A stretch of DNA of 63,656 nucleotides, filler included, from Octopus bimaculoides (lineage: Eukaryota), in assembly GCF_001194135.2 (NCBI RefSeq). It is 4 parts of 3 records of this genome, joined end to end, with 100 filler letters (N's around TTAATTAATTAA, not from the genome) between each part and the next. Parts side by side here need not be neighbours in the genome. Positions count along the whole stretch, not along the records: positions 1 to 16,999 come from NC_068982.1; 3 more parts are not named here. The stretch is one strand, 5' to 3'. Every line of letters starts with the position of its first letter. Position 1 is the first letter of the stretch. This document shows positions 1 to 12,450 of the stretch, one piece after another. Both the position numbers and the translations under genes were made by a program. The notes beneath the pieces were generated by a model. That model was not told the origin of the DNA, made no database searches, and saw nothing but the letters and a program-made list of their open reading frames with translations.

Positions 1-944
1 GTTCACACACGCATATATACACACACACGTATATGCACTCATCCATATATGCATAATTACACATACACAAACATACATGAGACATCATGTTGTACTTCCT
101 CACATCCTAAGATCATTTATACCAACGAAACGTACTTCTTATGATATGCGTACATTTCAGAGCATTATTCTTTACTTTGTTGATCAATTTATCCTTAGAG
201 AAGAGTATGTAGTATAGTTCTACCGTACAGAGCGAACAATACTTTCTTCCTCTCTCATATGGCATTGATCTTGCTATTATAGACCATTCTAATGAATACT
301 GTTTATTATTTTCCTTAAGATCCTAGATGTATTTGCTAAGACTGGTGCTAGCCATTTTCTTCCTATCTCTAAAGCAAAAGAAATGGTTAGAAATTCTACG
401 GCATACCTGTCCTGAAGTGCATATATACATACATACATACATACAAGGATTAGAGGACATTTCACATGCTTTGAAAAGATACCAGTGGGATATCCATGAC
501 ACGACTTCAATAAATGCAAGAAACACAACAGACAGCTATGATAATAGAGAAAGGGAACTATGCAGAGCAGAGTTGTTGAACTCAGTTGTCCAGCAGATGG
601 CAACATAATGTTAATGAAAATCAAGATAAAAGACATCTATCCTGAACTGATTGGAAATTTGTAGTTATACCATCTAGGCTGTAATTTTAGATTTCAACTA
701 ATAATTACAAGAGCACTTGGCAATCTATTAACTGCCTCAGTACCAATTTTGGGAAGGTAGATTCTACAAAACCAGCAAGAACATGATTAAGCGAACGGTT
801 ACAGTTAAGACCTATCAAAGCTACTGACATGTTAAACATTAAGTTCAGCATGCATTGAGATCTACATACGCAATGTATATAGATCTTATTACATAAGATA
901 TTACATGCGTTTCAGATCTTATGCAATCTGTAATGAGTATATAC

Positions 945-1100
945 GCCGGGCAAAGTGCTTAGTGGTATTTCATCCATCTTTACGTTCTGAGATCAAATTC
1001 CACTGAGGTCGACTTTACCTTTCATCTTTTCAGGGTCGATAAGATAACTACCAGTGAAGAAGTGGAGTCGATGTAATCGACTTATCCCCTCTTCAGAAAT
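945..1100 (+). mobile_element. SINE family A fragment
   Basis: Matches the window's recurring SINE body (ttacgttctgag.tcaaattcc..gaggtcgacttt.cctttcatc.tttc.gggtcgataa...accagt), best preserved at 9819-10190. Confidence 0.8.
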
Positions 1101-1296
1101 GAATGGAAAAACAAAACTATGAAAACTCAAGTTTAAAATTCGACATTACTTTATCATCTACATTGCAACGATGAAGCTTTGTATCATTTTTCGAAAGAAG
1201 CTTATAGTGACGTCAGGGTTACCATTTTATAGTGGTAATGTCGATTAAATGACACACTATAATTTAATGAGTATGAGAGAAAGAGGGTCACCATCT

Positions 1297-1708
1297 TGTA
1301 CGTAACAACAAGTAAATAGAAATTCACGAAACGTTTGTAATAAGTCATAACATATTTATTACTGGAGGTAATGCATTAACATATAAGGTTAATTGAAGAA
1401 AAGCTTGTAACATTACATGAATATATTCTGTGTGCAATCACGTCTCCAAGTAAATGAGGCGAACGTGCGTACATGCTGGTGTGTATGACGGCTTGACTCA
1501 AATGTATGTAGAAGAATCAGCAGACTCTGGGTGGCGCGAATTTAGAAATTCCTTCCTTTATTTAAGAGATAAACCGGAAATCCCCGACTTCCACGTAAAC
1601 CGGAAGATTCTAGAATGTTCGAGAACTTTCTAGAAGTTCAAGAAAGATTACTCTCGTTAAATCCCTTTTCCGTTTTGATTCCTAACGTGACCGCAAGGGT
1701 TCACTACA
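1297..1708 (-). mobile_element. LTR of an LTR retrotransposon (solo, or 5' LTR with internal part lost)
   Basis: 412 bp with TGTA...TACA ends. On the minus strand: TATA-like TAAATAAA (1557-1564), AATAAA (1355-1360) about 60 nt before the end, then 3 nt and TGGTGACCC (1285-1293), a PBS-like motif. Flanks ATCT/AGCT are only a 3/4 match as a TSD. Confidence 0.65.
1602..1645. promoter_or_regulatory. Heat-shock element array inside the LTR
   Basis: GAAgaTTCtaGAAtgTTCgaGAActTTCtaGAA gives seven alternating nGAAn units at perfect spacing (1603-1635), followed by gTTCaaGAA. Confidence 0.7.
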
Positions 1709-1777
1709 AGCTCTTTCTTTCACTTAAACATCAAACTATTAACAATCAAAGAGAACATGCATACAGATTTAAATACG

Positions 1778-1915
1778 TTGGCGCATTATGACCGAATGGT
1801 TAAGAAGTATGTCTTTCTAACACAGGGTTCGATTCCTAAGTGGCAACTTGACTAATTTAAATTTACTATACCCTCTGGTCGACCCATGCCTTGTGAATGG
1901 AATGGAATAGACGGA
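1778..1915 (+). mobile_element. Degenerate SINE family B head
   Basis: tRNA-like head (gaccgaatggttaagaagt...gggttcgattcc) followed by a decayed version of the family-B body (ctatac...ggtcgacc.atgccttgtgaatgga...tagacggaaa). Confidence 0.45.
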
Positions 1916-2207
1916 AAACCATCGAACGGACTGTAACTTTTATACAAATATTCAGTCTTATCATGCCCAGCGCCACGCTGCTTCTGCCTGAAAATTACGT
2001 TCAATGTAAACGAGTGTGTGGATTTCTCAGCCTCTTTTTAGTTAATTCATTGAAATAGAATTACAGTTCACTAAGTAACTGAAAATTCATTCAAAGAAGA
2101 AATTCTTATGAGCATCATCATACACACAAATATGCATATATGGGTGTGTGTGTGTAAGCTTATAACAATGTAAAATATAACGTTTATATGCGAGTGTGTC
2201 TTTGTAC

Positions 2208-2246
<39 letters not shown>

Positions 2247-3196
2247 GACAAATTTAAATGAATTTTTTAGACACTCACCATATAACTACATATGAAAACT
2301 ACTTGTAATACATAACACAGTTTCAGTTGAAAGCGTGATAATGAATGAGTATAACTATTCACATGTAGGCGGTGTGTTTATGTCTTTTCAACGTTGGATC
2401 TGTGTACATGTGTGAATTCGTGTGTGCGTGTGTGATTACATAAAATGATAATATTATCTAATAGTATTAAAACTACTCACAGATAATATCAACATTGAAA
2501 AATAGTGGTATTCATATATGCATATGTGTGTATTTATATGCATATACGTGCGTCTACGTGTGTGCTTGTATAATGTGTGTTGTGTAAAATTGTCTCTGTA
2601 TGTATAATTCAACCAATACACATGCCAATACAAGCTATAAGAACAACAGCTAGTCGTCCGAAACAAACTAACAAAAACAGACACAAATAAACCGTCAGCA
2701 TCAACAACTAGAACAACAACTATAACAACGACAACAACGTCAACAGCACAAACAATAGTTGTATAACAATGAAGTAAATAAATAAATTAAAGAAAAATAA
2801 GAGAAAAGACTGATGGCGTGTTTCCTTACCAGCTTGTAATGAAGATGTGTAGGATAAAAGAGAAGATGATACGAATGATAAAGTAGCTGTCTTGAACATA
2901 CTTCTTGCTGGAACCTGACTTTATGAAGATTAGGTCGACGAAACAAATAGTAAAGACCAGCGTAAGTGAGATAGAGGGGGAGAGAAGGAAGGAGATGAGA
3001 GGACAGAGTAGAATAGAGAGGAAGAGGAAGGAGAGATACATACATACATACATATATACATACATACATGCATGCATGCATACATGCATACGTACGACGT
3101 ACGTATGTACGTAAGTACATAAGAAGGAGGAACGAGAGAAAAAAATGAGAAAAGTCAGCAAGGAAAAAAACTATCAAAGCAGAAATACAAGAAAAG

Positions 3197-3198
3197 GA

Positions 3199-3278
<80 letters not shown>

Positions 3279-3280
3279 AA
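3197..3280 (+). repeat. (GAAA)n microsatellite
   Basis: Pure tetranucleotide run. Confidence 0.95.
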
Positions 3281-3514
3281 TCACCAAAGAAACAAAGAAT
3301 ATGAATAAACTAAGAGAATAAAGAAGCGAAAGAAAAGCAAAAACCAGTGGAAGAGAGAATAAAATATGATAAAGAAATGCAATCAAAAGATTAATATTGA
3401 CTTGTCTGTTATTGTTTCTGTTAGTAAAAAAAAAGATTTGTTGGAACGACCGCCTCTTGAAATGTTTGGAACGGGATTGTTATACGCTGTTTATATTTCT
3501 GTTTGTAGTTAAAA

Positions 3515-3865
3515 TTAAACTATATTTCATGTCTTCTACTTAATATTAGTTTTTCAAGTATTCCGAGTTGAGAGAAGTCAACAGTTACTAACAATGTTAG
3601 AACTAAAATATAATATTTCTTGTCTTCTCTTTGTTGATTCTTGAAGTGAAATTTCGTTAAGAGGAGTCAGTAGTTACTAACACCATTAGAACTAAACTAT
3701 TTATATTTCTTGTCTTCCACTCTATGTTGATTCTTGAAGTGAAATTTCGTTAAGATGAGCCAGCGGTTACTAACGCTGTTGAGGCTAAACTAATATTTCT
3801 TGCCTTCCACTCTATGTCGGTTCTTCAAGTAAAACTGCTTTGAGAGAAGTCAATTACTATATATT
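3515..3865. repeat. ~90-bp tandem repeat, about 4 copies
   Basis: Motif atatttc(t/a)tg(t/c)cttc recurs at 3522, 3613, 3703 and 3793, with shared ttctt(g/c)aagt.aaa...gttactaac segments. Confidence 0.85.
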
Positions 3866-4919
3866 TTTTTCTTCCTCACTATGTTCTTCAAATGGAATGA
3901 TGTAATGGAACCAATATATACTAATACTATTGCTTACTTTTCATGTGAATTGCAAACATCAAGCATTGAAACCTTTTTTTTTTTTTCCTTTTGCGTTGTC
4001 TGGCTTTTTTTATTTTTAGAGATGAAACTATAGTAGATTCTGATTTTGTACTTATTATTATTACTACTGTTGTTATTGGTATCTGTGCTGTATTGGTTGT
4101 CATTGCTGCTGGTGCTAGTCTGTTTCTTGTTCTTAGTGTCGTGGTGATTGTTAAAATTGCTTTTGGAGTATAATATTGCAAATGTATACATCATATATAT
4201 ATATATATATACGTACACTGTATGCTGAACATAATGAACAGTTACAGAATTACAGAAAATACTGTAATAACATTATAAAACATAAATATAATTTTTAGAC
4301 AATTATAATGTGTAAAAATTGGTATTTCTGATATTGCTGTTGCAGCTGCTCAACGTGTTATCTTTGCTTTGTTACGATAATTGTTGTTGTTGCTAGTGTT
4401 GATGTGGTTGTTATTTTTGCTGGAGCTCTTGTGGCGCTTATTATTGCTGTTGATGTTATTGTAATTAGCATTGTTGTTGTCGTACATATTACTGTCACTG
4501 ACGCTGTGCTAAGTTGTTACTGTTGTCGGTATCATTGGTTCTTATTGTTCCTTATTCTTACTGGTGTTGCAAACGCTGTTATCGTTGAAGATGTTGCGTT
4601 AGATATCATTTTGGCGGTGTGCTATTGTCGTAATCATTGCGTTTGCTTATGTTGTTATAGCTGAATTTGTTGGTGTTATTATTGCTGTTGTTATTGTTGT
4701 CAGTTCGTGTTTGTGGTCGAACATTTATTCCTATTACTGTCATTTTCCTATTTTATATCGCGTTGGCGATTCTTCGTCGTCGCTACTGCTGCGTTAACTG
4801 TAGTGACAGCGTTAGTTCGTGGAGTTGAAGTGGTCTCAGAAAGTGATGGTGATGATAGCTGGATGGACAGCCTTACTGCTGCCACTACTACGAGTGATAA
4901 TAATCCTTTTATCATATAA

Positions 4920-5480
4920 GCTCATCCCTTCTGAATCATTTCAACTCAGAACGCATAGTCGGAAGAATTCCGGCGTGCTAATGATTCTGCCAGCTTGCTG
5001 CCTTACTAAGAGTGGAAACAATCCTTTTTACTATAGGTTATACTTTTTACTATAGGTTATACTATAGGCACAAAGCCTAAAATTTCGAGGGAGAGACACT
5101 AAGTCGATTACATTGACACCAATGCTCAACTGGTTCTTGTTTTATGGAAAGGAGGAAATGCAAAGCCGACCTCGGCGAAATTTGAACTCAGAACGTAAAG
5201 ACGGACGAAAAAATGCTAAGCATTTTGTCCAGCGTGCTAACGATTCTGCCAGCTCACCGCCTTACAACGAGTGATGACAGAAGGCCAATCATTTCGAGGC
5301 AGGGGATAAGTCACTTACATCGACTCCACTGCTTCACTTGTAATTATTTTATCGACCCCGAAAAGATGTAAGGTGAATTCGACCTCAGCGGAATTTGAAC
5401 TCAGAACCTAAAAATGGACAAAAAGTTGCTAAGCATTTTGCCTGGAGTACTAACAATTCTGCCAGTTCGCCGTCCTTACA
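4920..5480 (-). mobile_element. Cluster of SINE family A copies
   Basis: Reverse complement of the family-A head/body (gaatttgaactcagaacgtaa...gctaagcatttt...gattctgccagct) at about 4930-5000, 5060-5262 and 5280-5475. Confidence 0.8.
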
Positions 5481-6174
5481 GGTGAAAATAAGGATAGTAT
5501 AAATTTGTGTGCTGCGGCTACTGCTGTTGTAATGTTATATCTATTGCATGTACTAAGAATGACATAATTCTACCAAGTCTAATTTTCCTTTGTCTTTTCT
5601 TTTATATATATAACTGTCATTTGTGCATATCGTTGTTGCTATACTGTGAATAATGCTACTACTTCTACTGCTGTTGTTTCTTCTAATGTTGCTACTACTA
5701 TTACTGCGACTGTTTTTTTTTTGTTTTTGTTTTTTTGTTATTTCTTCAAGATTTGAAGAACACAATTAGTCTTCTGAATTCATTATGATGTAAAGCGTTA
5801 TTTTTCACTAAGTGACTTTCTGGATTTTTTTTTTAATTAAACCTGTTCTAATTGACCAAACTGAGATGAAGAGATAAGCAAACCTTGTGGGAGTATTACT
5901 CAAATGACAGGGCCAAAGAATAAGACTTTATTGGATCACTTGAGCTACTAGGAAAAAGCAGATAAATCTTCCTCGAAACACACCTTACTGTCTTAAGCAA
6001 AAAGATATATTTTGTGTATTGTAATCCTTGACACAATCTGTGTAAAACGAAAATGGAATGGCAATGATTTGAAGGTGATTAATCATAGATACACTCAGGG
6101 CTAATTTAGGATTAAAACAACCTCAGTAATAACAACTACTACAACGACGACGACGATGACGATGATTACGATGA

Positions 6175-6385
6175 TGTTGATCCTTTCTACTATAGGCGCA
6201 GGGCCTGACATTTCGAGAGGAGGCGCTAGTTTATTGCATCGACTGCTTGACTGGTACTTATTTTATCCACCCCGAAAGGATAAAAAGACAATATCGACCT
6301 CGGCGGAATTTGAACTAAGAACGTAAAGACGAGCGAAATACCGCTAAGCATTTTGTCCAGCATGCTTATCATTCTGCCAGACAAA
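6175..6385 (-). mobile_element. SINE family A copy
   Basis: cctttctactataggc...ccccgaaagga...cgacctcggcggaatttgaact.agaacgtaaagacg...ccgctaagcatttt. Confidence 0.85.
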
Positions 6386-7419
6386 ATATCTTGCAGTATT
6401 TTTCCGGCTTTTTAAATTCGGCATTTAAATCCTGCTGAGGTATTTTTCCCTTTATCTTTCCACTTACAATGTGTTATATGGTACACTAGCTCTCAGAAGG
6501 CAAGTGAAATGATACATCAGTTTGGAGTACAATGCCGTATCATCATTATTATCTACCAGTATCATGCCAACAGAATACAGTCATACACGCTTAATTTGAA
6601 CGCGATAATTACCATTATTGTGTCTCTACTAAAGGGTGCAGCGTATTCATATACACACATTCTTTCGGACACCTTTAAAAGATATAAGACAAAAAAAACG
6701 GTAATTGCAGTCTTAAAATAATTTAAAATTGATTATTAAAGATTTCTGAACTCTTAATTATATCTTCCGTTTATTTTTGTCTAATTTCTAATTATCTGTG
6801 AATGTTAAATTAGTTCACACATTTCAGAACCACAAAAATTTTGAGGTAACATTTTCTTTTGTTTTATTATCGTTTTTTAACCCAACATTAATCAGCCCTG
6901 ATCGAAAAGTCCCGTGATAAGAGATATTCCAGCTGTGTTTATTTTGTCCTGTATTTAGACATAGCATATCCAGGACAGTGTAATAAAATGACCTTTTCTT
7001 TTACAAGGTAATAGGACATCGTGAGACACGGCAACTAGTTCTAGCCTATCGAGTGACATTATGGATGTTCCGGCATATGTTGGCATTGTTTATGCTGCTT
7101 ACTGTTTTTTTTTTGTTTTTTTTTTGTGTGTGCATCCCTTTATCTCACAAAGACAAATATCATTTAGAGGTCTAGATTGAGCATCCTGACCCATTATGTA
7201 AAGTCACCAGTTTGATTGGGTATTTCCATCTCACGCCGTCTTCATATTCTTGGGAAAAGACTATAACCTTTGCAGTCTTGTATTTCTTTCTATACAGTCC
7301 TTATATGTAGTGTCTGTCCTTATAAGGAATCAATCAGTGCTGTAGCATTCCAAATAAACCAAATATAACAAATGAAAACTGATGGATTATATTATAAATA
7401 AGCATTACAAAATTTTACA

Positions 7420-7680
7420 TAGGTATGGCTGTGTGTTAAGGAGTTTGCTTCCCAACCACATGATTCAAGTTTCAGTCCCACTAAATCGTATCTTAACCCT
7501 GGACTAATCAAAGCCTTGTGACTGAATTCAATAGACGGAAACTGAAAATAGCCAATCGTAAATATGTATGTAGGTGTGTGTCTGGGCGCGCGCGCGTATG
7601 TGTGTGTGTCTATGTGTGTATTCTTTGTGTTTGTCAACTACTGATGGTAAGTTTACATCTTACTTAGCGGTTCAGAAAAA
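7420..7680 (+). mobile_element. SINE family B partial copy
   Basis: ggctgtgtgttaaggagtttgcttcccaaccacatgattcaagtttcagtcccact...gacggaaactgaaa, internal (TG)n, then acttagcggttc. Confidence 0.75.
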
Positions 7681-7706
7681 CAACCCAAAGAACACACGCG
7701 CACGCA

Positions 7707-7768
<62 letters not shown>

Positions 7769-7898
7769 NNNNNNNNNNNNNNNNNNNNNNNNNNNNNNNN
7801 NNNNNNNNNNNNNNNNNNNNNNNNNNNNNNNNNNNNNNNNNNNNNNNNNNNNTCTTTTGACTCTTATTTCTAGCAATGCTGGTGCTGATTTCCACTTA

Positions 7899-9113
7899 TG
7901 ATGCGGTGAATAAATTGTCGTCTAAATTACGCAAAAATGAAAAGTAACACCGACATCTCATTTTAACAGATATATTTACCAAAACTACATAAAAATATTT
8001 TGAAATACTAAAGAGTAAATTCTTCTAGACGGTTTCCTTGTTTGTTTAAGTTGGTGAATGCTGCCATAATCTTTGCCTTCAGTTCATCTTTGGTGTTACA
8101 AGGAGTTCTGTTGGTCTCTCGCTCAACTGCGCCCCACACATAATAATTAAGGGGTTTGCAGTCTGGAGAGTTAGGTGGCCAGATGTTAGGGATGATGTGG
8201 TCGCAGAAATTGTCTGACAATCATAAGTGGGTTCTCCTGCCTGTGTGACATGGTGCAGAGTCCTGTTGCCAGACATAGGGTCTTCCAGCAGCTACTACCC
8301 CCTTGACCTAGGGTAGCACTACCTCCTCCAAGCACTTGATGTAGACCTCCGTGTTGAGTGTGAGGCTATGTGGGAAGATGGAGGCATAACGTTGCAATCG
8401 CTAGTGATCTCTCAAAACACCATGATGTTGACTGGATGTTTGGTTTTTATCATTCTCGGTACATGTTTGGGGGACACGGCAAGCCAACGGTCGTTCTGTG
8501 AGTTCACCATCTGACCCTGGCACAAATTTTTCTCGTCTGAGAAAAACCAAAGCATGTTTGGTTGGAGGGGATGCTTGAGTTTTTTCAAAAGCTTCGCAGT
8601 GCGGTCTTTCCTCTTGTCCTTGATGGCTTTGTATATAAATTGGCCCCTTTCTCATCTTGTATGAGGAATACCGAATGCCTTCATGCATCACCTGCTTGAT
8701 GAGAAACTCAGACACTCCCATGTCCCTAGCCATGGGCCTGATTGACTTGGAGGGATCGTTGTCAATCGTGGCCTTGATCTCACCAACAAATTCAGGAGTT
8801 CTTTACTTATTAGAACGATCAGAGTGAGTTTTCAGAGCTGCTGTACCTTCGTAATCACCATTACTCTAATCTAACTCTTTCAGAATTCTATGCACTGTCC
8901 TCAGATTGTCACCCGAACACTCTGAATGTTCGTATTGGAGCTTCTGTTGCCAATGCCAAGCAGTACAGCATGTCGTTTCTAAATTTCGGGCAGACTGAAT
9001 TGCGTCAAGGTGGTGATTTTTTCACAGACGGTGCCCAACTGACTCTACTCTACTGTGTAGTCGATAAAATCAAAGACAAATAATGCGCATATGACAATTT
9101 ACCCATTGCACCC
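7899..9113 (-). mobile_element. Decayed maT (DD37D) Tc1/mariner-superfamily transposon
   Basis: Minus-strand translation YVWQQDSAPCHTGRRTHL*LSDNFCDHIIPNIWPPNSPDCKPLNYYVWG has 37 residues between the QQD aspartate and the third-site N (expected D). An upstream piece reads MARDMGVSEFLIKQVMHEGIRYSSYKMRKG. Imperfect 21-bp TIRs (tgatgcggtgaataaattgtc / gggtgcaatgggtaaattgtc) are each flanked by TA. Stops and frameshifts present. Confidence 0.88.
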
Positions 9114-9181
<68 letters not shown>

Positions 9182-9818
9182 TGTGCGTATAAGAGAAGCA
9201 ACGCCAATTTGCGCCTTGTTCTTTTCCACAGGGAGGACGTAAAGACAAATATAAGCACCAAAACCATGGAAAGCTTAGGCATATGTCGATGATGCTACTG
9301 TCTTGAAGGTGCAGGTGATGTCTGAAGAAGGTGCTCGTGTTCTCAAAATAAAGTCTCTATAGGTGGACCGTCTTTTGCTATGATCTAATTTGAAATATGT
9401 CTTATCTGTTGAAGTGACGGCAACATTCAAAGGTTATATAGAATGTAGGCACTCGAACAGAAATATATATGAAGAACGTAGGGAATCGTTAACAGTACAG
9501 GAATGGTAATGTTCGACGTTTATAGGAGAGGTGGAATATTATAAGTATACAACTAGATCCACAATGGCCTACTTGGTTGGTCTTCGATGTAGAAATAATA
9601 ATAAAACTGCATTACAAACTAGAGATGGAAGCAGAAAATACATTGCCATGGATATGATAGAGTCATATATGAGAGAAAGTCAAAATCCAAGAACGAACGA
9701 CAAATTTTTTGCAAGTATGAAATAATTTAGTTACTGTACGATCGGTGTGGTTACAGCTACATCAGGTTCGGTAAGGTGGCTGCATGGATAGTGAATAAAA
9801 GAAAGCATTATACAGTAA

Positions 9819-10190
9819 AGCGGCGAGCTGGCAGAAACGTTAACACGCCGGCAGAAATACTTAGCGGTATTTCGTCTGCCGTTACGTTCTGAGTTCAAAT
9901 TCCGCCGATGTCGACTTTGCTTTTCATCCTTTCGGGGTCAATAAATTAAGTACCAGTTACGCACTGGGGTTAATGTAATCGACTTAATCCCTTTGTCTGT
10001 CCTTGTTTAGCCCCTTGTGAGCAATAATGAAATAAGAAACGTTAGCACGCCGGGCGAAATGCTTAGCAGGTTGACTTTGCCTTTCATCCTTTCGGGGTCG
10101 ATAAATTAAGTACCAGTTGCGTACTGAGGTCGATCTAATCGACTGGCCCCCTCCCCCAAAATTTTAGGCCTTGTGCCTAAACTAGGAAAG
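9819..10190 (+). mobile_element. SINE family A, well-preserved dimeric copy
   Basis: gcggcgagctggcagaaacgtt...ttacgttctgagttcaaattccgccga.gtcgactttgc.tttcatcctttcggggtc is followed by a second internal unit that restarts at gaaacgttagcacgccgggcg. Confidence 0.9.
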
Positions 10191-11063
10191 TTTATATAGT
10201 ATAGCCCAGAGATTCTCTGACAGCATCAATACTGACCGACACTACTGGAGAGACAGCAACATTTGCGAGAGGCGCCGAAGTGCTTTTGATCTCCAATCGA
10301 CAGCCGATTACAGGGGTGACCCGTAGTGCAAACTTTATATGAAATATAAATATATAACTCGGTGAGTGCGTGTGCTTCTGTGTGTGTGTGTATGCATGTG
10401 TATGTATGTATTATGCATGTATTTATATGTATATGTACGTTTCTATGTATGTGTATCTGTATTTTTGTAACTATGAGAATGAGAGAATATTCATTATTTT
10501 TCATTTGCAGAGATGTGGTCTGTATTAGTTTCATAATATGAGTGCGCGTGCATGCGCGTTTGCGAGAGAGAAACAAACGGAAGAGATGGGGAGGTAGACA
10601 GAGAGAGAATATGAGAGAGGGAAAAGAAGAGAATGATAATATCTTTCCTGACATTCATTCAATTAAGAATCCCGTTTCGGCCTCGACAAGAGTCGATAGA
10701 ATTCACTGACATCTTGGCAAAGACGACTTAATGTCCAATATTAAACAGAAAGTGAAATATTTTAGACAAACTTACTAACAATGAAGTCTGTGTCTGTATG
10801 ATTCTGTGAGACTAGAGAATTGGTAGATGGAATTATGAATCCTGTGATTCTCTCTTCTGACTTCAGACAGCTATTTTTCACCCTCCTCGCATCATTGTTT
10901 GCGAAATTCAACTGCTACATTATATTTGATGGTCTGTAAGAAGACTTCATTACTTTCAACAATAATTTGCATGCGTGCGTGTGTGTATGTGTGTATGTAT
11001 GTGTGTGCATGTGTGCGTGTATGTAAAGTGTGTGCGTGTGTGCATGTGTGTGTGTGTGAGTGA

Positions 11064-11099
<36 letters not shown>

Positions 11100-11759
11100 T
11101 TATGAGTTTGTAGAACTTTGTCGTAGGAAATACATATAATTCATAAGCCAGTGTTTGTGCCTCTGTGTGTAAATTCATATATATATATATATATATATAT
11201 ATTATCTTTTTATCTGTGTGCATGCATATATTTATATATGAATGTATATTTTCTATGTATGTATGCATGTATATTTGTATTAAGCAGTTATAGATATTTA
11301 TATACAGATTTTGTGTCTAAATAAGAAACCATTATATACATGCATAAAGACATACATACATGCACGCTTGCATCCATACATACATACATACATACATATA
11401 AAATGTGTTATAACTACTGATGCATGTGATGACTTTCTGTTTCGTTTTTCTGTCCGAGTGTTTTTGCCTATAGCCCTATGTAGAGCTATATCTAAAATAT
11501 TTATATGGATTCTCGTTGGGTCAAATAAAAATTACGTCCTTTCTAAATTTAGGCATATTAGGAAAAACAACTCGGTTATCATCTCTGTAGTGCGTGTTCT
11601 ATTGATTTCCCAGAGTTATCAAAAGCTATGACTACGTTTTGATACTAAATAGTATGTGAGAGCGAGGAAAAGGTAGTTACTATGTCCTTCTTATAGGTCT
11701 TTAACTGTTAAATTTATTATTAAGGAATGATAAACAATTACCGATTGGCTTGTTATGAG

Positions 11760-12450
11760 TCATCAAGGACAAAATGCTATATATGCTGGTGGTTCATTGA
11801 GGACAAATAACTATACGCGCTGGCAGATCATTGACGACACATGTTATATATGCTGATGAACACTGCTGGGTACTAATTACGCAGGTTAGCGGACCATGGA
11901 TTGCTTTTGAGTATTCTGGCTTGTGAAACTTGGATGTCTAACAGCTGTACATTTTGTAAGGGTCTTGATGAATAAATGGTAAATATACAGGCTGGCAAGG
12001 AAAGAGTGATTAGTATCTACGTAGATTTTGAGTCCTCAATGACTAATAACAAAATATGCTGGTGAGTCATTGATGACTAGTAATTATACAGCTTGATGTA
12101 TCATTGATGACAAGTAAGTATATGGGCCAGCGAACCATTGATAATTAGTAAGTGTACAGACAAGTGACTCATTGATGGCCAGCGAATATACATGTCGGGG
12201 AGTCATTGATGGCCAGCAATTCTAAAGCCGTTAAGGCACAGATACCTAGAAGTTGTCAGGTTGTGCAGTTATTGATAACAAGTACCTATATAAGCCAGTG
12301 TGTTATTGATAATTGGAAGAGACAGTGATGATATATCACCATAGAGGTTGTTGACCTATTGATGATTTGTAGCCATACAGATTGTTGGCTTATTGATGTT
12401 TCGGAGACACAGTTTGTTGGCTTGTTGACAAACAGGTTTATTGCTACCTT
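11760..12450. repeat. Highly diverged ~34-bp tandem array
   Basis: Core (t/c)cattgat(g/a)(a/g) recurs at 11760, 11794, 11828, 12033, 12067, 12101, 12135, 12169, 12203, 12269, 12303, 12356 and 12390; weaker units fall in register between them. Confidence 0.8.

Noticed and set aside
440-640. GLEDISHALKRYQWDI, reminiscent of an RTE endonuclease N-terminus
   Set aside because: Similarity is too short and does not continue into recognisable motifs; possible old LINE debris only.
9295-9350. ctgaaga...caaa hammerhead-like string
   Set aside because: No GAAA core and no convincing stems I or III.
9551-9572. actagatccaca 12-nt match to miR-279 (also atatgtttgatatat near 61030, like miR-190)
   Set aside because: Partial matches only, no precursor hairpin, and the second lies in low-complexity sequence.
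10290-10335. ttgcactacggg...cacccctg resemblance to U1 snRNA loop II
   Set aside because: No 5' ATACTTACCTG or Sm site in register.
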